Assembly: GCA_024276825.1 (NCBI GenBank)
Contig: JAJRWI010000033.1
Span: 1-64,000, forward strand
Reading direction: 5' to 3'
Source: an archaeon
GTDB lineage: Archaea > Asgardarchaeota > Thorarchaeia > Thorarchaeales > Thorarchaeaceae
DNA length: 64,000 nucleotides
The position numbers and the translations under genes were made by a program. The notes under the pieces are model-generated. The model had not been told where the DNA came from, did not search any database, and saw only the letters and a program-made list of their open reading frames with translations. Positions within the stretch are counted from its first letter, which is position 1; each line of letters opens with the position of its first letter. Shown one piece after another: positions 40,990 through 49,946 of the stretch.

Positions 40990-42426
40990 TCATACCAGCC
41001 TAAAGTGACCAGGTCGCGGTTCGTAGACAACGCCTGCATTCTTCATCAGTTCCAGATTTCGTGATGTAGTGGGGATATCAACCCCAGCCTCTTCGGCAAT
41101 CTCCCTCACAGTTGGTCCAAGGTCGCCAAGTGTGCCACTGTCCAGCTTCTTCAGCGCACGCCAGACTTTCGTGTTGAACTTGTGAGTCTTCGCGTCTTCC
41201 CCGTAATTGTGTCTTGCTTGTTCCTTGAATTGGGTGAGCTCTAGATACTCCTTCAATGCAGGCTCCAACACTCTGTCCCAAGCGGTCTTGATGTCTTTGG
41301 CTGTGATTTTAGACTTCCAAGAGGCTCGGGCTGTGGATCGTGCAATCCGCACTGTGCTGAGAGGTCGACCGAGCATATCACTATCAAGAATCATGCCCCT
41401 ACTGAGAACACTGTCATCAAGATCGAAACTGTCCTTTAGATCCTGCATTTTTACTATGATGTATTTGGTGCCAGCAGTGATTGTCCTCTCGCCCACCATG
41501 GGGATCAACATTTGGGCGGTAATTACAGTCTTCAGAATTGGAAGTCTAAGGTCTAGGGAATTTCTGGTTTCGATCCAGAAGTCTTCGCTTGTAAGAGCCA
41601 AGGGCACATCGGGAAGGGCCCCTGTGGCTTGAGTGGTCATTGCACTGAGAGACACTTCTTTGAATCCTGAGGGGTCTTTGCGTTCTATACAGAGAGTCTG
41701 TAGCGTGTCCCGTGCAAGTTCTCCAACGTCAAGCCTCCATGTTCTTCTTGTTAGTATGGAGTGGCCTCCAACATTACGGTATTTTGGGACCTTGCCTCTC
41801 AACACTGGAGGCAGAATCCTCCGAATAAATGTGAGAAATCTACGTACTTGGGCCTTCGCAGCTATTGCCTGTATCCCGGTTGTCAGTCCTCCAACACCAG
41901 ACTCAAACGGGGGGCTTGATATGAAGAGTCGGGCAAACACCCTCTTGCTGGTTTCCGCCATGCCCACATGTTCGAAGAGCATCCGAGATAGCTCAGCAAG
42001 ACTCAATGGGGGGTCTACTTCTTGTAGGACATCAAACCTGACTGAACTCCAGTCCTCCAGAGCAAAGGCCTGCACATTAGTGCTTGAACGCTCAAGAACC
42101 CGCGGATTCGCTATCCTTCGACCTATCAGCTCAATTCTAGCACCATCAGGGGGGACTTCTTTCTCATCGGGTACAAATATAACAACGCCATTGTGCGTCC
42201 AGGGACTTGGAGTGAGAATGAAAAAATCGCGGTTTCGTGTATAATGGACAAATCCGACAAACCTGTATATTCTTGATGAAATCCGCTCCATAAACTCGCA
42301 ATGGAGTTTCAGCTCCCATTGTGTGAGCTGTGCACCATACTCTCGATCGAACAGATCACTTGGCGCTACAACATCACCTAGCCTATCAAAGGATGTGCTA
42401 CCATCGTAAATGTCTTCATTCGCCAT
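40990..42426 (-). CDS. Hypothetical protein; putative degenerate MCM-like (OB fold + lid + wHTH)
   Basis: GRPLSTVRIARSTARASWKSKITAKDI resembles the MCM lid/sensor II; C-terminal wHTH VYEPRPGHFRLV; no Walker A. Confidence 0.55.
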   Translation of the reverse strand: MANEDIYDGSTSFDRLGDVVAPSDLFDREYGAQLTQWELKLHCEFMERISSRIYRFVGFVHYTRNRDFFILTPSPWTHNGVVIFVPDEKEVPPDGARIELIGRRIANPRVLERSSTNVQAFALEDWSSVRFDVLQEVDPPLSLAELSRMLFEHVGMAETSKRVFARLFISSPPFESGVGGLTTGIQAIAAKAQVRRFLTFIRRILPPVLRGKVPKYRNVGGHSILTRRTWRLDVGELARDTLQTLCIERKDPSGFKEVSLSAMTTQATGALPDVPLALTSEDFWIETRNSLDLRLPILKTVITAQMLIPMVGERTITAGTKYIIVKMQDLKDSFDLDDSVLSRGMILDSDMLGRPLSTVRIARSTARASWKSKITAKDIKTAWDRVLEPALKEYLELTQFKEQARHNYGEDAKTHKFNTKVWRALKKLDSGTLGDLGPTVREIAEEAGVDIPTTSRNLELMKNAGVVYEPRPGHFRLV

Positions 42427-42548
42427 AAGCGAGTCTCACCATTTCAATTGTAGATTGTCCCACAAATTCCAAGCCTGAACACTGAAGATATAGTTCTCTT
42501 CAATACTCAAATGCATATACAACTCAGATGTACTTCAACCTATTGCAT

Positions 42549-43622
42549 CTACAATAGCTCTGACGGGTCTTTTCCGCGGGCCATTGCCTTTTCGGTCATC
42601 CATGCAATTATGCTCTCTGGAGGCTCTATCTTCTCATCACGATCATGGAGTCTTATTGCATCTTCAGGGCACTTAACACCGCAGACCCCACAACCAACAC
42701 ACCTGTCCTGATTCACAGCACTGATTCCATCTTCAATTGTCAGAGCACTGAATTGACAACGATCAACGCATATTCCGCAGCCTGAGCATAGTTCTTCATC
42801 TACTACTGCAATATAGTTAGATCTCACTACAACATGCGGTTTATCAGTCATCACTACAGCTCTCAGTACATTGCAGCAGCATGTACAACAATTGCAGATG
42901 TAGAAATGACCGGACTGGATGTTCATTGTGCAATGGACTAGACCCGCATCTTCTGCTTCATTTAGCAGTCTGAGGGACTCTTCTTTTGTGATAGGCTTGG
43001 TCAGCTCACTATCATCGAAGGCATTTGGTTTCCTTGCAAAGACTAGGCAGACACTGATCGGATACTTGCAACGATTATCAAGAAGCTCCTGATGCTTTCG
43101 ACAGATGCACTCACGGACGCCCCATGAGCTGGCATTCTCAATGATCTGTTCAGCTTGTTCATAGTGATGCACAACAAGTTCCGAATTGATCATTTGATTG
43201 ATTGGAATGACCATATGTATGGCAGGAGGAGTGCTGAAGAGCTCACCGCCTTGACCTTTTACAAAGAATGTCTCTGCAAGCTCTGCAAACTCGCGATTCA
43301 TTCGACACAATTGTTCCTCATAGATCCCCACTACAAACGGCATTAGTGCATAACGGCGACCAGTACTGGAGTTCCAAGCACGAATCTGGCCCTTCTTGGC
43401 CATTGTTTCAAGGAGAGGCTCCAATCTTTCAATGCCCATTCCAAGTCGTTCACCAAGCTCTTCAATGGTTTCACCGCGGAGCTTCATCTTGCTGGCCAGA
43501 TCAGCCTCTTGTGGAGTGAATATCCATTGCAAGATTTTAAGGTGAGTTCCATCACTCATTGGTGTGAAACTGTTGGGAATTGTGTCCAAGATCTCCGCGA
43601 GTCGCCCATAGGGATCGCTCAT
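42549..43622 (-). CDS. 4Fe-4S dicluster domain protein
   Basis: CICR, ICNCCTCCC and two CxxCxxCxxxCP-type motifs. Confidence 0.85.
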   Translation of the reverse strand: MSDPYGRLAEILDTIPNSFTPMSDGTHLKILQWIFTPQEADLASKMKLRGETIEELGERLGMGIERLEPLLETMAKKGQIRAWNSSTGRRYALMPFVVGIYEEQLCRMNREFAELAETFFVKGQGGELFSTPPAIHMVIPINQMINSELVVHHYEQAEQIIENASSWGVRECICRKHQELLDNRCKYPISVCLVFARKPNAFDDSELTKPITKEESLRLLNEAEDAGLVHCTMNIQSGHFYICNCCTCCCNVLRAVVMTDKPHVVVRSNYIAVVDEELCSGCGICVDRCQFSALTIEDGISAVNQDRCVGCGVCGVKCPEDAIRLHDRDEKIEPPESIIAWMTEKAMARGKDPSELL

Positions 43623-43698
43623 AGGATTCGCCAGACATGTTACTTCATCCAACAAGATAAATGCATGCATGAATTAACCTTCATGTGGTGTTGAATGA

Positions 43699-44748
43699 AT
43701 GTCTGAGATGGAGTCAGGGAAAGTATGCATTCTCACGACAGGTGGGACAATATCCAGCGTGTATGACGCCAAGATTGGAGCATATCGACCGGGATTCTCT
43801 ATCGAGAAATTGCTCAAGACTCTGCCACCCGGAATGGAACGTATTGAGGTGATTACACAAGAGCTGTTCCAGCTGGACTCTGCCAATGCACAACCTCACC
43901 ACTGGCAGGAGATTGCGAATGCAATTAAGCAGACATATGAGAATAACCGTGATCTTGATGGTATTGTCATTCTTCATGGCACTGACACTATGGTTTATTC
44001 GTCAGCAGCAATCAGCCTTATGGTCCAAGACTTTGGCAAGCCCATCGTGTTCACTGGTTCTCAGATACCCTCGTCAGAACCCTGGAGTGATGGCCCACGC
44101 AATGTGAGAGATGCAATCAGAGTCGCTGCTTGGGCAGATCTTGGTGAAACATGTATCGTGTTCAACGGTGAAATTCATCGTGGGACCAGAGCCAGAAAGA
44201 TCAGAGAACGTGCTCAAGATGCCTTCGACTCAGTCGATCCCACACCTCTTGGGTTATTGGGTCGTGAAATTGTGCTCTATGAGAAACGCATTAGACGACA
44301 CAATCGAGTCCCGAGGTTTAAGGTCAATCTCGACAATCGAGTCTGTCTGCTGAAAGTGTTTCCAGGGATGCTCCCTGAAATAATCAACAGGGTTGTGGAC
44401 TTGGGATATAGAGGAATTGTGATTGAGGGATTCGGTTCTGGAAACATTCCTGCCAAAGAAAACTCACTGGCAGATGCAATCAAAGACGCTCTGAGTCGTG
44501 ACTGCATTGTAGTGATGACCACTCAGTGTGCCTTTGGCCAGGTAGACCTCTCACTCTATGAGGTGGGTAAGGCCGCCCTTCAAGTCGGTGCTTTAAGTGC
44601 TTATGACATGATTTCGGAGATCGCCGTCGTCAAACTCATGTGGTGCTTGGGTCAGACGGATAATCTTGAAGAGATCAGAAAGATGATGTTGACCAATTAT
44701 GTTGGCGAGATCACTATGTCCAGTTCTGTGGGAATGAATGGCAAATGA
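43699..44748 (+). CDS. Type I L-asparaginase (AnsA/GatD catalytic-domain family)
   Basis: TGGTI, HGTDTM, TGSQIP and SDG motifs; lacks the GatD N-terminal domain. Confidence 0.88.
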   Translation: MSEMESGKVCILTTGGTISSVYDAKIGAYRPGFSIEKLLKTLPPGMERIEVITQELFQLDSANAQPHHWQEIANAIKQTYENNRDLDGIVILHGTDTMVYSSAAISLMVQDFGKPIVFTGSQIPSSEPWSDGPRNVRDAIRVAAWADLGETCIVFNGEIHRGTRARKIRERAQDAFDSVDPTPLGLLGREIVLYEKRIRRHNRVPRFKVNLDNRVCLLKVFPGMLPEIINRVVDLGYRGIVIEGFGSGNIPAKENSLADAIKDALSRDCIVVMTTQCAFGQVDLSLYEVGKAALQVGALSAYDMISEIAVVKLMWCLGQTDNLEEIRKMMLTNYVGEITMSSSVGMNGK

Positions 44749-44878
44749 GCGAGTTGGAACACGTGTTCTTATAATTCTCATTTTTTTGGAGATTAGATTG
44801 AAAAACTTGTATGAGGATGCAGAGTCCAAGGATGCAACTGACGAATAGTTTTAAAATGCATCAGCATTCTCAGTTCTT

Positions 44879-44994
44879 GCCCGGATAGCCAAGCGGTTAC
44901 GGCGGCAGCCTGGAGACGCACACACATGGTGTGTCAGAACAGGCAGCTGCTCTCCCTTTGGGAGGCGCGAGTTCGATCCTCGCTCCGGGCGCCA
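44879..44994 (+). tRNA. tRNA-Ser(GGA) with 29-nt intron at 37/38 (44916-44944), encoded CCA
   Basis: Acceptor GCCCGGA/TCCGGGC, G73, anticodon stem GCAGC/GCTGC, CT-GGA-G|A loop, long variable arm CTCCC-TTT-GGGAG, T-loop GTTCGATC. Confidence 0.92.
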
Positions 44995-45301
44995 CGCCTC
45001 TTGCACCATATAATTAACTCATAAATTATTCGATATTTTGGGGGTACCAGTTTTATGTTTTAGAGTTTATAAGGGGGATGGTTTTAAAAATATAAATAAA
45101 ATTTGGGCAAAATTGGAACTCTGTAGATTTAATATTAAGCGTTATTATTACTTATTTTTCAAAATACAGGAGTTATAGAGTTTTTGCTTAATAAGTTTAA
45201 ATATTATCGCTAGTATAAAAATACGAGGTTAATAACGAAATGCGAAGAAACAAGGATGGTGAACTTAACAGCTAGAACAGGTCAGAAGTTTAAATATTCA
45301 G

Positions 45302-46951
45302 GTGAATAAAATGGCCAATACGATGGGCGTAGTCATAGCAGTGAAAGTACCAATAAAAACTGATAGAATGACTAAAAGAGCAAGACAACGATTACGACAA
45401 ATCGTTGGCCGAGACACCAGAACAATAAAAGCTCACTTGGGAGTAATTGAGCAGCATGAAAAGCAGCTAATTATTGGAAGGAGAAAAACAAGGATAAACG
45501 AGTCATTATTGCACGAGTTGACTTTGACAGCAATTTATGTGAAGAAAGGAGCATCCCAAAGGCTTTCAGTACTTCATGATTTGAAACAGAGATTCCAGAG
45601 AATTTCGCAAAATGAACTAGCAGAGTGTCGACGCACCGCGATAGCAATATGGGAATCATATCTTGCTTTAAGAGAGAAGAGAGCAAGTGTATCTAGACCT
45701 ACAAGCAAAAACAGATCAGGAAGAATTCCCAGATGGATTTTCACTCAAAGGTTCAATTTGATTGAGGACAATAACTCAGCAGCACGATGGTGGTTGGATA
45801 TTCGTGATTCTTTAGACTCACGAAGATTGAATCGGAGAACACATAGACGATTGAGGATACCACTATCAATCTCACCAATCCATCTTGAACAATTGTCAAA
45901 AGGAAAAATCAAGGCAATTCAGATATTCACAAAGGATGGAAAATGGTGGGTCACATTTTCAGTACAAATCGAATTTGAAAAACTTCCTGAAGAACTCAAG
46001 CCTCTAGCAGTATTGGGCATAGATCTAGGAATAAAGAAAACCATATGCAGTACACTCTTAACTGAGTCAAAAGTTTCTGAAACAAGATATTTCAAGCAAG
46101 ATGAAAAAATAGCCTTGATGGAAAAGTATGACCGACTGGTTTCTTCATTGCAAATTCAGAGAGATAATCATTCTAGTGAAGGTGTAATTCAACGATTGAA
46201 GGCAATTCGTCGAAAGAGACAGCGAGTTTCAATTGAGTATGACAGACTAATCGTTCATCAGCTTCTTGAGTATATTGCTGAGCTTGAAAAAAAATATACA
46301 TTGTACATAGCCATTGGGAAGGTATTTGGGATTCGTAATACTGCAAAACGTGGAAATAGGAGAGGTAAAAGATTCCGAGGAATGATTCATAGATGGACAT
46401 TTCGAAGAGTCACAAATATGATAAAGCATAGTTTAGCACAAAGAGGATGGGTTACAGAAGGCAAGGATTCCAGAATTATCCTTGTTCACGAGGCATGGAC
46501 AAGTATTATTTGTTGGAAATGTGGTCACAAGGGTCGTCGTCCAAAGCAGTCACTCTTTATATGCCCCCATTGTGGATTTAAAACAAATGCGGATCGAAAT
46601 GGCTCGTTAAATATTGCTCGGCGCTCCATTAGGCTCATTCGTCACTTGAATGAGAGTGGACTAGGGCGTTGGTCGTCTCCAGAGAGAGGGACAGCCCCGA
46701 AAGCCCAAGGGAAAATTTCTCGAGGGAAGTCTACACTCCCCAAGAGACCACCAATCTTGATGAAAGGGGAGTCCGCGGTTGTTCGCAGTGTCCAAATGGA
46801 CCTTTTCAGTTTTTGTGAGAAAACTGATTTGAGCGATCATGACCCTGCCGTGGAAAAAGCCGTGGAAAATCTTACTGCTGTTGAAAGTGATGTTTCAACA
46901 TCAAAGCAGAAGAAGGAAGCCAGGTCTATGGGAGGAATGCCATTCCAATGA
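45302..46951 (+). CDS. tnpB: TnpB/Cas12-like RNA-guided endonuclease with rearranged RuvC-II
   Basis: RuvC-I LGIDLG, zinc finger CWKC...CPHC, RuvC-III NADRNGSLNIA. Canonical RuvC-II Glu is absent (IAIGKV); alternative Glu in VHEAWTS. Confidence 0.9.
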   Translation: MNKMANTMGVVIAVKVPIKTDRMTKRARQRLRQIVGRDTRTIKAHLGVIEQHEKQLIIGRRKTRINESLLHELTLTAIYVKKGASQRLSVLHDLKQRFQRISQNELAECRRTAIAIWESYLALREKRASVSRPTSKNRSGRIPRWIFTQRFNLIEDNNSAARWWLDIRDSLDSRRLNRRTHRRLRIPLSISPIHLEQLSKGKIKAIQIFTKDGKWWVTFSVQIEFEKLPEELKPLAVLGIDLGIKKTICSTLLTESKVSETRYFKQDEKIALMEKYDRLVSSLQIQRDNHSSEGVIQRLKAIRRKRQRVSIEYDRLIVHQLLEYIAELEKKYTLYIAIGKVFGIRNTAKRGNRRGKRFRGMIHRWTFRRVTNMIKHSLAQRGWVTEGKDSRIILVHEAWTSIICWKCGHKGRRPKQSLFICPHCGFKTNADRNGSLNIARRSIRLIRHLNESGLGRWSSPERGTAPKAQGKISRGKSTLPKRPPILMKGESAVVRSVQMDLFSFCEKTDLSDHDPAVEKAVENLTAVESDVSTSKQKKEARSMGGMPFQ

Positions 46952-47070
46952 TAATAGACAAAGTCCTTGCTAACTCTATATTTGCAGTATGGAGAGTGGT
47001 GACACTTGGCAGGGAAAGGGTGGAACACGGAAGTCTGAAGTTGAGTTCACTCATCTAATTGACAGGTCAG
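46831..47070 (+). ncRNA. Putative cis omega-RNA overlapping the tnpB 3' end
   Basis: Position typical of TnpB omega-RNA. Stems CCTTGC/GCAGGG and AGTG-GTGA-CACT; GAGTTCAC end motif; homologous to the two stand-alone copies. Confidence 0.7.
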
Positions 47071-47308
47071 CTCGCTCCGGGCACATTTAGTGGTCGGAGT
47101 CTTTCTTTTTCTCAAGTCATCAAGCAAGGAGTTTAGTCATTAGTTCTGACATTCCATCCAAATTCGGTTTATATGTCATAGTGACTGAATGAATATACCA
47201 TAACATAGCAGATATATTATGTAACCAGAAGTACGAACTAATTGGTCTTTGATTTTTATGCAAGGACTAAGACATTGTGCATGATGATCCGTATGAGGAA
47301 TAAGACAG

Positions 47309-48238
47309 ATGATCCATACCACAATCCTGATGAGACGAAAGAGCAAGAGAACTGTTGCCACATCTAGGTACTGGACTGTAAAGATTCCACGGAAGGATGT
47401 GCTCGAGTACATAAAGGCTAGAGAGAAGCTTCAGGAGGTTTCAGATGGGCGAGAAGACATCTCACTCACCATTAATGGAAACAAGTATTTCAGTCGTATA
47501 TGTAATGAGAAATTATTGCTGATATTTATCACAGACATAGATGAGAAGGACCGTCTGATCAACCAGAAGATAGAAGCTGCTGCAAAGGGACTAGACGGCA
47601 CTCTGAAAGAGCGTAATATCGCCTATGTGAAGGAAAATTATGAGAAGATAGTCGCACCATTTGTGCATTCGAAATTGAAGATCGCACTTGTTGGAGAGGG
47701 AGGAGTGGGAAAGACAACAACATTGCACCTACTCATGGGTAAGAAACCACCAAGACAATATGTTCCTACTATCGCACTGAATCTGGAGGTCATGGAAACC
47801 ATATATTTTGCAAACTACTCATTGGTGATTTGGGATTTTGCAGGACAAGAGAGATTCCGTAAGCTGTGGAAGTTCTATTTCAAGGGAGCAGATATTGTAT
47901 TCCTGCTGACAGACTCTACACTACGAAATGTGCTACTGTCAAAGGATATGTTCACCATTATCAGGCGTGATGCGCCTAATGTCCCAATAATTGTGATTGC
48001 CAACAAACAGGATCTACCTAATGCACTTGATCCCTCGATAATCCGTAGAATCATAGGGGCTGAAACCTACCCGCTTGTCGCAATTGATCTTGCATATCGC
48101 GAGAAGATACTAAAGATACTTCTTGATGCCGCAGCAGAGCATGTGAAGATCACAGTGCCCGATGTACCTCCAGAGGAGTTACTGCGTTTTGTAGATGATG
48201 AGTATTTGTCGGAGGAATCGGAGGCTGCAGAGGCATGA
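47309..48238 (+). CDS. Arf/Rab-like small GTPase with N-terminal extension (longin/roadblock-like)
   Basis: GEGGVGKTT, YVPTI, WDFAGQERFRKLW and NKQDL motifs. Confidence 0.9.
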   Translation: MIHTTILMRRKSKRTVATSRYWTVKIPRKDVLEYIKAREKLQEVSDGREDISLTINGNKYFSRICNEKLLLIFITDIDEKDRLINQKIEAAAKGLDGTLKERNIAYVKENYEKIVAPFVHSKLKIALVGEGGVGKTTTLHLLMGKKPPRQYVPTIALNLEVMETIYFANYSLVIWDFAGQERFRKLWKFYFKGADIVFLLTDSTLRNVLLSKDMFTIIRRDAPNVPIIVIANKQDLPNALDPSIIRRIIGAETYPLVAIDLAYREKILKILLDAAAEHVKITVPDVPPEELLRFVDDEYLSEESEAAEA

Positions 48239-48423
48239 ATAGGTATCTTGTGAAATATTCATAAGAGATTGTAGTTAAATAATCCTGTTCAACTCAGTTG
48301 TTTGCCGAGGAATACGATCAGTGTGCCATCCCACGAGGGGTGAAGAGATTCCTATGGCAAGTATTATAAGGTAAATTCTTGAGGCGAACAAAGCCTCGTT
48401 CATTCAGACTGAGGTTATTTACC

Positions 48424-48873
48424 ATGTCCGAGCAAGAATACAAACACATAGTGAGAATAGCTGGCCATGACATTAACGGCCAGGAGAACCTCCTTCAGGG
48501 GCTCACAAAGATCAAGGGAGTTGGCATTAGGCTCTCAAAGGCCATACTGCATCAGCTTCAACTGGACCCGTATCAAAGGTTAGGCTTCATTTCAGAGGAT
48601 GTCATTTCAAAGATAGAAGACCTGCTTAAAGATCCTGTCACCCATAAGTTTCCTGAGTGGTATGTAAACAGGCCTCGCGACAGACACACAGGTAGGATGA
48701 TTCATCTCATTGGCTCGGACCTGGAGTTTGTACATCGTAATGACATTGATAGACTCAAACGCATAAGATCATGGCGTGGAATCAGACACTCCTTGGGATT
48801 GAAGGTGAGAGGACAACATACTAGGACCACAGGACGCGCAGGTATGGCTGTGGGAGTGTCTAGGAAGAAATAA
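48424..48873 (+). CDS. rps13: 30S ribosomal protein uS13
   Basis: LTKIKGVG, SWRGIRHSLGLKVRGQHTRTTGR. Confidence 0.96.
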   Translation: MSEQEYKHIVRIAGHDINGQENLLQGLTKIKGVGIRLSKAILHQLQLDPYQRLGFISEDVISKIEDLLKDPVTHKFPEWYVNRPRDRHTGRMIHLIGSDLEFVHRNDIDRLKRIRSWRGIRHSLGLKVRGQHTRTTGRAGMAVGVSRKK

Positions 48874-48889
48874 TGTTGAGGAATGAGTT

Positions 48890-49525
48890 ATGGGAGATCC
48901 AAAACGTCCAAAGAAAAAATACGTGACTCCGAAGCGTCCATTCGATAGCGATCGCTTTGTACAGGAACTTCAATTTGTTGGTACCTACGGACTGAGAAAC
49001 AAGCGTGAGCTGTGGCGACACAGAACAGAACTCTCACGTTTCAGAAGACAGGCTCGACACCTACTTGCTCTGCCCCCAGCGGAACGTGAGAAACAGGAGA
49101 AGGAGCTCGTCAATAAGCTTGTGAGAATGGGAATTCTGACATCGGAGCCAACATTGGACAGTGTACTGGATCTCACACTGGAAGACATCCTCGAACGACG
49201 CCTGCAGACTGTTGTCTTCAGAAAGGGACTTGCATGTTCTATGTATCACGCTAGACAATTAGTTGTCCACGGTCATATTGCATTAGACGGCGCAAGGGTA
49301 ACTACTCCCAGCAGAATCATTACTATTGCTGAAGAGGAGAGGATAGGATACACCTCAAAATCACCCTTGAATGATGAGTCACACCCTGCTAGGATAGCAG
49401 CATCCACTGTTGCACAACGTGTCATTGAGGCGGCAGAAATAGCAGCAGCAAAAGCAGCATCAAAGACTGCAGAGGGCGGCGAAAATATCGAGCTCTTGGA
49501 GCCACCAGAGGACATTGATGCGTGA
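48890..49525 (+). CDS. rps4: 30S ribosomal protein uS4
   Basis: MGDPKRPKKKY, YGLRNKRELW, LERRLQTVV. Confidence 0.96.
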   Translation: MGDPKRPKKKYVTPKRPFDSDRFVQELQFVGTYGLRNKRELWRHRTELSRFRRQARHLLALPPAEREKQEKELVNKLVRMGILTSEPTLDSVLDLTLEDILERRLQTVVFRKGLACSMYHARQLVVHGHIALDGARVTTPSRIITIAEEERIGYTSKSPLNDESHPARIAASTVAQRVIEAAEIAAAKAASKTAEGGENIELLEPPEDIDA

Positions 49526-49541
49526 TAATGAGGTGAAATAG

Positions 49542-49946
49542 ATGAGTAAGAAAGACACCAAGAGAGACAAATGGGGAATCGCTCACATTTATGCATCATA
49601 CAACGATTCAATCATTCATATTACGGACATCACGGGTGCTGAAACAATCGCACGCTATTCAGGTGGTATGATGGTCAAGGCTGACCGTAATGAGTCATCC
49701 CCACATGCTGCAATGCAGGCGGCATTCCAAGCTGCTCGCGAGGCAAAAGACAAAGGGATCTATGGAATCCATATTAGGGTCAGAGCACCTGGCGGTCATG
49801 GACCAAAGACACCTGGACCGGGAGCACAGGCTGCAATTCGTGCTCTGAGCCGTGCAGGACTTAGAATTGGCATCATTGATGAGGTCACACCCATGCCCCA
49901 TGATGGCACACGTAAGCCGGGTGGAAGAAGAGGTCGTAGAGTATAA
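49542..49946 (+). CDS. rps11: 30S ribosomal protein uS11
   Basis: [29 protein letters not shown]. Confidence 0.96.
   Translation: MSKKDTKRDKWGIAHIYASYNDSIIHITDITGAETIARYSGGMMVKADRNESSPHAAMQAAFQAAREAKDKGIYGIHIRVRAPGGHGPKTPGPGAQAAIRALSRAGLRIGIIDEVTPMPHDGTRKPGGRRGRRV

Larger units (their letters stand above)
44979..47082 (+). mobile_element. tRNA-Ser-associated TnpB cassette bounded by a 12-bp direct repeat
   Basis: CTCGCTCCGGGC at 44979-44990 and 47071-47082. The AT-rich interior holds only tnpB and the omega-RNA-like tail. Confidence 0.7.

Noticed and set aside
43699-44748. gatD call
   Set aside because: It lacks the GatD N-terminal domain and has no adjacent gatE, so it was kept as asparaginase.
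45302-46951. Nuclease-dead TldR or CRISPR-associated Cas12f
   Set aside because: An alternative catalytic Glu is present, and no CRISPR array or cas1/2/4 was seen in the window.
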